Source: a virus (lineage: Duplodnaviria > Caudoviricetes). From it: a stretch of 46,763 nucleotides of DNA. The stretch lies in IMG/VR virus record IMGVR_UViG_3300005805_000140, positions 1 to 46,763 of that record; one strand, written 5' to 3'. The notes under the pieces were generated by a model. That model was given only the letters and a program-made list of their open reading frames with translations. It was not told where the DNA came from and did no database searches. Position 1 is the first letter of the stretch. Each line of letters starts with the position of its first letter. A program made the translations under genes and the position numbers. Positions 27,244 through 35,431 of this stretch are shown in pieces.

Positions 27244-27730
27244 ATTTTACAGCACTAAAACATATGGCAACGACAGGGGTCTGAGTTGTTGCTTCCGTCA
27301 ATGGCGCAGCACACATAGCCATTGCAGCCTACTACATGGTTACAGCATAGGTGTAAAAGTCATCTTTGAATGTGAATCATTAGATGAACGCAACTGGGTC
27401 ATGGACTTCGGTGGTCTGAATGAATTCAAGAGTTGGTTAGAATACATGTTTGATCACACTACCCTTATCGCAGAAGATGATCCGCATCTTGAAGCATTTA
27501 AAAAGTTGGGCGAGATAGGAACATTGCATCAGACGCCCTATTCAGCATTGATCGATCTACGAATTGTGCCGGGTGTAGGATGTGAGCGTTTCAGCGAAAT
27601 GATTCATAAGAAACTATCTGACATCTTAGATAAAGACCGACAGTCGGGTAGATTGCTCAACAAGACCGTTACTGTCAAATCAGTAGAAGTATTTGAACAT
27701 GGTGCTAACAGCGCCATCTACGAAGGATAA
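27236..27730 (+). CDS. queD: 6-carboxy-5,6,7,8-tetrahydropterin synthase
   Basis: HSHCSLLHGY, WVMDFG, FDH, GCERF, VFEH. Confidence 0.88.
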   Translation: MPKFYSTKTYGNDRGLSCCFRQWRSTHSHCSLLHGYSIGVKVIFECESLDERNWVMDFGGLNEFKSWLEYMFDHTTLIAEDDPHLEAFKKLGEIGTLHQTPYSALIDLRIVPGVGCERFSEMIHKKLSDILDKDRQSGRLLNKTVTVKSVEVFEHGANSAIYEG

Positions 27731-27734
27731 GGTG

Positions 27735-28256
27735 ATGGATATTGAAAAATTATACGATGATAAGTTTGTCAAGACCGCCGTGCTTGAGATCGCAAGACAA
27801 ATGTACGATCAAGAATTTAAGCCTGATTATATCGCGGCTGTCAGTCGGGGTGGTTTAGTAGCAGGTGTGATGTTGAGTCATTATCTAAACATACCATTGA
27901 AGGTTTTGCACAGGGATGAAAGTAATCTGTGGATGGCTGAAGAGGCATATGGATATGTTCCCCAAGAAGAAAGACGAGAAGGTGACAAAGACCACAATGT
28001 ACTGTACTCACACAATATATTGATCATAGACGATATCAATGATACTGGCAAAACATTCAAGGCTATCGTAGAAGATTGGCAGGGAGGATGCTTGCCTAAT
28101 AACGAGCATTGGAACGATGTGTGGCACAACAATGTCAAGTTTGCAGTATTAATTCACAATGAAGCAAGCGAGTTCACTACTGATTTTGCAGGTAGATATA
28201 TCAACAAAAGGGAAAACCCTGAATGGTGCGTATTCCCCTGGGAACAATGGTGGTGA
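27735..28256 (+). CDS. Purine phosphoribosyltransferase (Gpt/HGPRT-like)
   Basis: AVSRGGL, PRPP loop ILIIDDINDTGKT, WCVFPWE. Confidence 0.9.
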   Translation: MDIEKLYDDKFVKTAVLEIARQMYDQEFKPDYIAAVSRGGLVAGVMLSHYLNIPLKVLHRDESNLWMAEEAYGYVPQEERREGDKDHNVLYSHNILIIDDINDTGKTFKAIVEDWQGGCLPNNEHWNDVWHNNVKFAVLIHNEASEFTTDFAGRYINKRENPEWCVFPWEQWW

Positions 28257-28492
28257 GCGAAGACAGTCCTAGATATGAAGCACGATCATTCGACCTTACG
28301 GTAGAAGGTTGGCATAGGGCTAAGATTAAGATTGAGTCACCTGAGAAGTTAGATGAGGTGACTACATGGTTGTTAGATAATATAGATGGTTGGAATAAAC
28401 ACGCAGACTGGAGACTGATCGAAGGTGGATACCTCGATCTTAGATTTAGATACGAGAGGCACTACGAATGGTTCATCCTTCGATGGTATTAA
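28247..28492 (+). CDS. Hypothetical protein
   Basis: ORF ends WFILRWY; start uncertain. Confidence 0.6.
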   Translation: MVVSEDSPRYEARSFDLTVEGWHRAKIKIESPEKLDEVTTWLLDNIDGWNKHADWRLIEGGYLDLRFRYERHYEWFILRWY

Positions 28493-28746
28493 AGATTAAA
28501 GATTTAGATCAACGATATACCGGCGGCGATAAATTTCGGTATTGCATAGACTTTAATTATAGAGACCATCATTTATTCATAGAACGAAGAAACTGGTGTT
28601 GGGAGACATGGGGTCCTAGTTGTGAATATAAATTTATAGGGAAACTACACGAACCTCCCTATTCTTGGATTGTAGATTCTTATAGAATTAGATTATATTT
28701 TAGAGGCACAGCAGAGATCAATTGGTATAAACTGAGATGGGAATGA
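28483..28746 (+). CDS. Hypothetical protein
   Basis: WCWETWGPS...WYKLRWE. Confidence 0.65.
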   Translation: MVLKIKDLDQRYTGGDKFRYCIDFNYRDHHLFIERRNWCWETWGPSCEYKFIGKLHEPPYSWIVDSYRIRLYFRGTAEINWYKLRWE

Positions 28747-29081
28747 TGTACATACCAAAAAGATTAAAGTGGAATAGCCTCACAGAATTCAAACAATTCT
28801 TGGAGCGTGAAACCACTGAAAAAATAGCGGTTTTTGAAGGTTGGCGGCTGGTCACAGAGACCACTGAATATGGCATAGTTGATGGTGTATTAAAATATCA
28901 TGAGGTGAAGCGTGAAAGTAAAGGCACTAAGGGACGATCTAATGGTACAGCAACAGATAAAGAACGAATGGGAACACATGGTAGGAGTGATCATGTTAAA
29001 CCAGACGGGAAGAAAACCAGTAAAGTATGTGCTACCAAAGTTCCTAAAAAAGTTTCCAAACCCAAGAAGTCTCCTAAATAG
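28737..29081 (+). CDS. Hypothetical protein whose C-terminal half overlaps the glycosylase
   Basis: ORF track. Confidence 0.5.
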   Translation: MGMMYIPKRLKWNSLTEFKQFLERETTEKIAVFEGWRLVTETTEYGIVDGVLKYHEVKRESKGTKGRSNGTATDKERMGTHGRSDHVKPDGKKTSKVCATKVPKKVSKPKKSPK

Positions 29082-29334
29082 TACACCGGATGAAGTCATC
29101 GACATCATCAAGCCCCTCGGTATGTATAATATCAGGGAGAAAAGATTGCGCAAGATGAGCCAAGATTACTTGACTTGGGACAAGAATGATGCGAAAATAT
29201 TACATGGTATTGGTAAATACGGTAGTGACAGTTATGAGATATTCTTTAAACAGAACTACAATGTGCAACCAACAGACAAAGAACTAATAAGGTACCTTAA
29301 TGAGCTCAATCAAAGTAAGCGAACTGTTTTATAG
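28912..29334 (+). CDS. HhH-GPD DNA glycosylase (MBD4-like, minimal)
   Basis: IMLNQT, IIKPLGMYNIR, LHGIGKYGSDSY, PTDKEL; GAGG RBS with GTG start. Confidence 0.85.
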   Translation: MKVKALRDDLMVQQQIKNEWEHMVGVIMLNQTGRKPVKYVLPKFLKKFPNPRSLLNSTPDEVIDIIKPLGMYNIREKRLRKMSQDYLTWDKNDAKILHGIGKYGSDSYEIFFKQNYNVQPTDKELIRYLNELNQSKRTVL

Positions 29335-30157
29335 CATTCAAGGCGAGGGACGATACATGGGCGTCCCTAGCGTATTTCTAAGAACATTTGGTTGTAACTT
29401 CACTTGTGATGGTTTTGGTATGCCAAGAGGAGAGAAGACTAATGAACGGCACGCCGTGGATCCTTCAAAATATACACAATATAACGAACTACCCCTGGTC
29501 ACTACAGGTTGCGATAGTTATGCTAGTTGGGATACTAGATTTAAGCATCTTAGCCCTCGCATCTCAATCGACGGATTGGCTAAGTCGATTGTTGATTTGC
29601 TTCCGCATAAAGAGTGGCGAGACGAACATCTAGTCATAACCGGTGGTGAACCATTGCTAGGCTGGCAGAAGCAGTTTCCGTTATTGCTCAGTCATGAATC
29701 GATGAAGGATCTCAAAGAGATCACTTTCGAGACTAACGGTACACAGAAACTAAGACCAGAATTTGTAGACTATCTATATGAATGGGCTGAAGGTGACCCG
29801 TTCAGCACACGCAGTTATGATAGCATAACATTCAGTGTAAGCGCAAAACTACCTGCTAGCGGTGAGAAGTGGGAAGAAGCGATCATACCTGAAAATATCT
29901 TGCAGTATCAAGAAGTAGGACATGTCTATCTGAAATTTGTAGTAGCAACTGAAAAGGATATTGAAGATGCAGAACGAGCCGAAGAAGAGTTTAGAAGAGC
30001 GGGGTTTAATGGCAATACTTATATTATGCCTGTTGGTGGTGTCGATAGTGTTTATAATCTAAACGCAAAGAATGTAGCACTTGCCGCTATGAAGCGTGGT
30101 TGGCGTTATAGTGATAGATTGCAAGTGCCTTTATTTAAAAATGAATGGGGAACTTAA
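29300..30157 (+). CDS. queE: 7-carboxy-7-deazaguanine synthase (radical SAM)
   Basis: ELFYSIQGEG, FLRTFGCNFTC...GCDS, VITGGEPL, FETNGT, SVSAK, RLQ. Confidence 0.92.
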   Translation: MSSIKVSELFYSIQGEGRYMGVPSVFLRTFGCNFTCDGFGMPRGEKTNERHAVDPSKYTQYNELPLVTTGCDSYASWDTRFKHLSPRISIDGLAKSIVDLLPHKEWRDEHLVITGGEPLLGWQKQFPLLLSHESMKDLKEITFETNGTQKLRPEFVDYLYEWAEGDPFSTRSYDSITFSVSAKLPASGEKWEEAIIPENILQYQEVGHVYLKFVVATEKDIEDAERAEEEFRRAGFNGNTYIMPVGGVDSVYNLNAKNVALAAMKRGWRYSDRLQVPLFKNEWGT

Positions 30158-30158
30158 T

Positions 30159-30323
30159 ATGAAAGAAGTAATTTTTTTAATTGTTTTTGCGCCTGTAATG
30201 TTGGCGATTGCTTATATTTTTTGTAGCGTCATGCTCAAAACATTAGCAGTATTGTACGCAGATGCATTGAGCCTTATGGGCTGGGATACACCTAGAAGGA
30301 AACTTGATGCCTTTTTATCGTAA
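30159..30323 (+). CDS. Small membrane protein
   Basis: ATG 30159 after the queE stop; hydrophobic. Confidence 0.5.
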   Translation: MKEVIFLIVFAPVMLAIAYIFCSVMLKTLAVLYADALSLMGWDTPRRKLDAFLS

Positions 30324-30546
30324 TGATAGAGTAGACGGTTGGGACCATTTTGATCGTCATAATATAGGTACGACACTAAAATTCGCTTGGGTGCCACAGC
30401 GTTGCTATCTGTCTAATAAATTGCTATGGTTAAAATTCGCATATAGGCGAGTAGCGATGTGGACTGGCCCCGGTGATCCTGTATTTGAATATCGCTGGTA
30501 TCACAAAGACGAATACTTGATAGGAAAAATAAAAGGTAATGTATGA
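30304..30546 (+). CDS. Hypothetical protein
   Basis: FAWVPQRC...LWLKFAY pattern. Confidence 0.65.
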   Translation: MMPFYRNDRVDGWDHFDRHNIGTTLKFAWVPQRCYLSNKLLWLKFAYRRVAMWTGPGDPVFEYRWYHKDEYLIGKIKGNV

Positions 30547-31874
30547 GAATTTATGACAAACGTATAGGTTTCATAGTCAGTTATCAGACATTGATACCTC
30601 ATGGCGGTATAGGGCAGTTCGCTAAGAGTTTCTGTGAACTCATGGATCAACACAATATCAAAGTAGATATCATCACAGATAAAGAACCAAAAGACAATGA
30701 ATTTGCTAAGTCTTTGAAAGCAAATATTATCGCCCCATTACAGCCATTGCCATACACCGATCATAGCAATATCTTTATGTATGGTGACACATATTGTTAT
30801 GAGCGAATGGCTAATTTTAGAAATGCCATCATTGAAGCACTAGAACATAACCTTTATGATGCGTTTATCTGTAATACTTACGAAAGTGTACAGGTCGCGG
30901 CCACTATGGGCCTCGAGGATGTGATACAAATCATTGCGTATACTCACCTTGAGAGCCAGATATTCAAGGATACAAAGAATCCTTTCTTATATTCTACTAA
31001 TGTCATGATGCGCAAACAATTAGAGAATGATGGATTGTTTGTAGGTACACAAAGCAAGTTCAATCAAAGCGAGATAGGTGGTTATCATCTGCCTATCCCT
31101 GTGACTGAGCCCGATCTATTAAAAGAACATCATAAGAATAGAGAAGGTATTTTATTTGTAGGTCGTTGGGAAGAAGGTAAGAATCCTGAACTGTTCATCG
31201 ATTTGATTGAACAGACTAAGTTGCCTGCTAAAGTAATGACGAGCCCTAACGGCGTTAAGAAGTTTGAAGATCGATTGAAAAAGATAGGAGTACCTTACGA
31301 GGTCAAAGCAAGCATCATAGGACAAGAGAAAGTAGATTTCATTACTAGTGCTAGAGTAGCATTCAATCCTAGCACAGTAGAAAGTTATGGTATGGCGTTC
31401 TATGAACAGACATTACAGATGCCTACTGTAGCATTAGAAAAGCAGCGTTGGACGAATAACTTTGATAAGAATCATTATTTTGTCTGTAATAAAAAGAATA
31501 TGGTCACGGTAGTGAAAGACTTATATGACAAATATCCTACTGCTAAGTCATGGTATGACACAGGTATATTGAAAGAACAGAACTGGCTTGAAGACCAAGT
31601 ATTTCATAAATGGAATGACTGCTTCAAGGACTTCAAAGGTAAACAGAGCAATAATAATACTGCACAGATTTGCAACTTCAATACTGTTCAGTATAGTGAC
31701 TACATACACAATTTAAATAGGAAACTTATTTGCATCGATGATGCCCGTAGTGTGTATACTAATAAACATAAGTTTATAGTAATCTATACAGATCACAATA
31801 CTTACTTAACTAAAGATCCTACTTATGTGCCGGTAGAAATTGAAGAATCAACAAATTTATTTGAGGGATTATGA
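30543..31874 (+). CDS. GT-B (GT4-like) glycosyltransferase with a C-terminal extension
   Basis: HGGIGQF, LFVGRWEEGKN, PSTVESYGMAFYE. Confidence 0.85.
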   Translation: MRIYDKRIGFIVSYQTLIPHGGIGQFAKSFCELMDQHNIKVDIITDKEPKDNEFAKSLKANIIAPLQPLPYTDHSNIFMYGDTYCYERMANFRNAIIEALEHNLYDAFICNTYESVQVAATMGLEDVIQIIAYTHLESQIFKDTKNPFLYSTNVMMRKQLENDGLFVGTQSKFNQSEIGGYHLPIPVTEPDLLKEHHKNREGILFVGRWEEGKNPELFIDLIEQTKLPAKVMTSPNGVKKFEDRLKKIGVPYEVKASIIGQEKVDFITSARVAFNPSTVESYGMAFYEQTLQMPTVALEKQRWTNNFDKNHYFVCNKKNMVTVVKDLYDKYPTAKSWYDTGILKEQNWLEDQVFHKWNDCFKDFKGKQSNNNTAQICNFNTVQYSDYIHNLNRKLICIDDARSVYTNKHKFIVIYTDHNTYLTKDPTYVPVEIEESTNLFEGL

Positions 31875-32707
31875 AAAAAGTATTAATAACGGGTAGTTCA
31901 GGTTATATTGGTAGTCATCTATGTAAGATGCTAAAGGGTAAGTATGAAGTTCATGGGTTAGATATCAATGAACCAATCGTGCCCGTCGATAAGTTTTATC
32001 AGGTTGATATCAATCGACTATTCACCATACCAGATCAAACTGATTCATATGATGCTGTGATTCACTTGGCAGCATTAGTCAATGTAGGTATCAGCGAGAA
32101 GATGCCCATCATGTACTATATCACTAATGTCAATGGTACTATGAATGTGTTGAATAAGGTTCCTACAAAGAATTTCATTTACGCTAGCACTGGACAGGCT
32201 AGCCTATGCATCAATCCATACAGCATCAGCAAACGAGCCAGCGAAGATTGCGTGATAGAATTTTGCACTAAGCATAGACCAACAGATTATACTATGTTTA
32301 GATTCTATAATGTGATCGGCATGGATGGTATACCCCCAACTAATCCAGATGGATTGATGTCGGCATTGATGAGAGCAGCGGGTACCGGCGAGTTTACTGT
32401 GTTTGGTAATGACTATCAAACTAAAGATGGTACTTGTATGCGTGACTATGTACATGTCAATGAAATCTGCAACGCACTCATGATGGCTATTGAAGAACCC
32501 GCTAATGGTCTTGAGAATCTAGGTCATGGATTCGGTATGAGCGTATTAGACATGGTTAATACTTTTAAGAAAGTAAACAATGTAGATTTTGAAGTGAAAA
32601 TCGGACCACGCAAGAAAGGTGATCCAGCGGTAAGCGTACTCAATGGTAAGAGCAAATATATGAAAGAACTTTACGAGTTCGAGGACTTGCTTAAGATTAG
32701 TGAATAA
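31871..32707 (+). CDS. galE: NAD-dependent epimerase (UDP-glucose 4-epimerase-like)
   Basis: ITGSSGYIGSH, IHLAA, YSISK (YxxxK), RFYNV, DGTCMRDYVHV. Confidence 0.9.
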   Translation: MKKVLITGSSGYIGSHLCKMLKGKYEVHGLDINEPIVPVDKFYQVDINRLFTIPDQTDSYDAVIHLAALVNVGISEKMPIMYYITNVNGTMNVLNKVPTKNFIYASTGQASLCINPYSISKRASEDCVIEFCTKHRPTDYTMFRFYNVIGMDGIPPTNPDGLMSALMRAAGTGEFTVFGNDYQTKDGTCMRDYVHVNEICNALMMAIEEPANGLENLGHGFGMSVLDMVNTFKKVNNVDFEVKIGPRKKGDPAVSVLNGKSKYMKELYEFEDLLKISE

Positions 32708-33851
32708 GCAGTAGGCTGCTTAATACATCATTGCGGTTAGCAGCATCATCGCCGTCACCCGGCTTGACGATGACATTCCACTTACCCTTAGCCTCTGGAT
32801 CTTTATCGATTGGCTTCTTCATCATCTCATCATAAGTGATGACTGACTCTGGCTTTAGGCTATACTTGATAGCAACACGCTGCTTGACCTTATCTTCCAT
32901 CTCAGGATCTTTATACTGCCACTTACCGTTCTCGTCCTTCTCTAATGCATCAGCAAATAGTTCTTTAGGAACTACGCGGCTATTCTTAGTCTTGACGAAA
33001 TCGATCTTCTTTTCTTCACGACCTTGTGCACCTTGGCTGAAGTTCATCTTGAAGTTATCTGGACGCTCTGCTTGTGCCACGCTTGCCATCTTTGTGTAAG
33101 CATAGAAGTCAACATCAGGATGCTTCTTTGCTACATCATATGCCATCTCTAAGTATTGTGGGCTGAAGAAATCACCAGCATCATGCCAACGCACTACAAC
33201 TTTGGTGTTCTTTTTTCCATATTTCTTTTCTGCCGCACCGATCTCCTCGCTGAGTTTGGCCATGAAACCTTCTGGATCATTATATAAGAAGTTTAGCATT
33301 CTAGTGCTGCCCAAACTGCTAGCCTTCCACTGAACATATCCGCCTTTCATGGCATAGCAATATGTCTTACATGCGCCAGCGCCCGGGCAAGTATCAATAA
33401 CAATAAATTCTCCAGTATCTTCATCAACAGCAAGGCCCTTTAGTGCAGGGAGACCCACATTGAAGAATATGCTTGATGTGCCGTCGCTATGTTGCATCTT
33501 TTCGTTTTGCTTGAGAATCTTTGCGGGACGCTCACTGAAGGTCTTGCGAAGGGCATCTAGGTCATACTTCTTTCCATCGTCATTGACGATTGGAATATTA
33601 CCGCTGTGTATATATGGGCGCTGGTATTTGTCCTGTTTCTCTTTACTTTTACCAATAATTCTGTCAAGATATGCTGTCAACTCATCTTTATCGAACTTAC
33701 GGCTTGTGACACCTGTTAATTTGGCTTCTTCAACATCATCATTGCCCTTTCCTTCGCTATCCACGAATTGGTCTAGGCTCATGACTTTGAGGTTCTTGCT
33801 AAATGGGCTAACGCCCTCGGTTACCAATTTGATAAGTTTTCTGAAATCCAT
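32697..33851 (-). CDS. Gp88-like phage protein (Cys cluster, radical-SAM-like) with a CTS-like N-terminus
   Basis: CPGAGACKTYCYA, VRWHDAGDFFS..Y, FYAYTK, NFS. Only minus-strand gene; minus-strand ATAAATA at 33879-33885. Confidence 0.75.
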   Translation of the reverse strand: MDFRKLIKLVTEGVSPFSKNLKVMSLDQFVDSEGKGNDDVEEAKLTGVTSRKFDKDELTAYLDRIIGKSKEKQDKYQRPYIHSGNIPIVNDDGKKYDLDALRKTFSERPAKILKQNEKMQHSDGTSSIFFNVGLPALKGLAVDEDTGEFIVIDTCPGAGACKTYCYAMKGGYVQWKASSLGSTRMLNFLYNDPEGFMAKLSEEIGAAEKKYGKKNTKVVVRWHDAGDFFSPQYLEMAYDVAKKHPDVDFYAYTKMASVAQAERPDNFKMNFSQGAQGREEKKIDFVKTKNSRVVPKELFADALEKDENGKWQYKDPEMEDKVKQRVAIKYSLKPESVITYDEMMKKPIDKDPEAKGKWNVIVKPGDGDDAANRNDVLSSLLLIH

Positions 33852-33852
33852 G

Positions 33853-33885
33853 TTGACATTCTCACAAAATTATAGTAATATTTAT
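33853..33885. promoter_or_regulatory. Overlapping divergent promoters
   Basis: + strand TTGACA-17-TAATAT (33853-33881); - strand ATAAATA (33879-33885). Confidence 0.6.
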
Positions 33886-33889
33886 CAAT

Positions 33890-34939
33890 ATGTCTTTTAA
33901 CTCAAATATCAAGCGCATTGGTTTTGCCTGTAAATGGGCAGAGATCAACAAGAAGGGTGAGATCGCTAGCACAGAGGGCCTCAACACAGGTGGCACGACT
34001 TTTGCGTGGGCAAAGCGTCAGAAGTCTATGCAGATCGTTGAGGATAAACTCATCGATGTGGCGAAGCGCAACATTACTAATACGCATAATCTAATCAAGA
34101 AGGTCGCGGAACTTCCCCCTTCTTTGCGTATGGTTCGCATTACTAGCGATATGCTTTCGTTTTATACTATGGACGAGTTCAAACCGTTCTGGCGCAGGCA
34201 GGATGTGCAAGATAGCCTAGCCCGTTGGTTCGCTCCTATCGGCGAGACTGCCCGCAAGAACGATGTCCGTGTATCGTTTCATCCCGATCAGTTTGTGGTG
34301 TTGGCAAGTGATCGACCTGAGGTAGTAAATAAGAGTATAGAGGAGTTTGAGTATCATGTGGATATGGCCCGTTGGATGGGGTACGGCGCAAAATTTCAGG
34401 ACATCAAAATCAATGTCCACATATCGGGTCGAGCCGGTCCCGAAGGTATCCGACAAGCTTACAAGCGACTCAGCCCCGAAGCAAGAAACAGCCTCACAAT
34501 CGAAAACGAAGAAATCAGTTGGGGTCTCAATTCGTGCTTAGAGTTGGCTGATCTGGTACCTATCGTACTCGACATTCATCATCATTGGATCAATACTGGA
34601 GAATATATTGAAGCATCTGATAGCCGTGTTAAAAGGGTTATTGATAGTTGGCGCGGTATTAGGCCTGCTATGCATTACTCCGTATCTAGGGAAGATGTAC
34701 TTACTAGCCATCCCGGATACAAACGCCCCGATCTACGGACGCTACTAGAGAACAAGCACAACAAGCAGAAGTTGCGAGCCCATAGTGACTACTATTGGAA
34801 CGAAGCCTGCAACAACTGGGCTGAGACACATTGGTCATGGGCTGATATCATGTGCGAGAGCAAGGCTAAAAATCTTGCCAGCTTCAAACTTTACGATACA
34901 TACATGAATAATTCATTTATAGATATTCCGCATGCTTGA
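33890..34939 (+). CDS. uvsE: UV damage endonuclease (UVDE)
   Basis: RIGFAC, RITSD, SFHPDQF, INVH, TIENEE, VLDIHHH, AHSD, MCESKAK. Confidence 0.93.
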   Translation: MSFNSNIKRIGFACKWAEINKKGEIASTEGLNTGGTTFAWAKRQKSMQIVEDKLIDVAKRNITNTHNLIKKVAELPPSLRMVRITSDMLSFYTMDEFKPFWRRQDVQDSLARWFAPIGETARKNDVRVSFHPDQFVVLASDRPEVVNKSIEEFEYHVDMARWMGYGAKFQDIKINVHISGRAGPEGIRQAYKRLSPEARNSLTIENEEISWGLNSCLELADLVPIVLDIHHHWINTGEYIEASDSRVKRVIDSWRGIRPAMHYSVSREDVLTSHPGYKRPDLRTLLENKHNKQKLRAHSDYYWNEACNNWAETHWSWADIMCESKAKNLASFKLYDTYMNNSFIDIPHA

Positions 34940-35375
34940 TAAAATCAAAAAACTTTTGGGAGTGAAAACTAAGGAGCCGAGGCCTCAGCCTCCGAGCGAG
35001 GCTGCTCCCAAACCTAAAAAAGAAAGAAAGTCTAGGAAGAAAGCGACACCTTCCGATAAGGAAATAGCAGACAAGAATGGCGAGCCATATGTCTCTATCG
35101 TTAAAGTACATATCGATCCCAACGATATCAACAACGGTGCATTTGAACTAGATTTTAATCAAAAATTCGTAGTCAATCTCATCAAGCAAGGATATAAGAT
35201 CAAGCCCGATGATACTGACAACGAGATCGTTGACCGCTGGTTCCAAACCGTATGTCGTAATGTTGCACTAGAAGTCTATGAGCAGGAAGTAGCGGACCCT
35301 GAGAAACGGGTACGAAGTGATATCCGTGTAGTTCAGCAAAGAGATTTGGGTAACGGTCGAACCGAAATCAGTTGA
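34932..35375 (+). CDS. Hypothetical phage protein
   Basis: ORF track, 147 aa. Confidence 0.75.
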   Translation: MLDKIKKLLGVKTKEPRPQPPSEAAPKPKKERKSRKKATPSDKEIADKNGEPYVSIVKVHIDPNDINNGAFELDFNQKFVVNLIKQGYKIKPDDTDNEIVDRWFQTVCRNVALEVYEQEVADPEKRVRSDIRVVQQRDLGNGRTEIS

Positions 35376-35400
35376 CAATCGCAATCACATAGTATAATAT
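35372..35400 (+). promoter_or_regulatory. Sigma70-type promoter (TTGACA ... TATAATAT)
   Basis: -35 at 35372-35377; TAATAT at 17-nt spacing. Confidence 0.6.
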
Positions 35401-35431
35401 ACGCATATTATACTTTTAAATAGGTGTGCTT

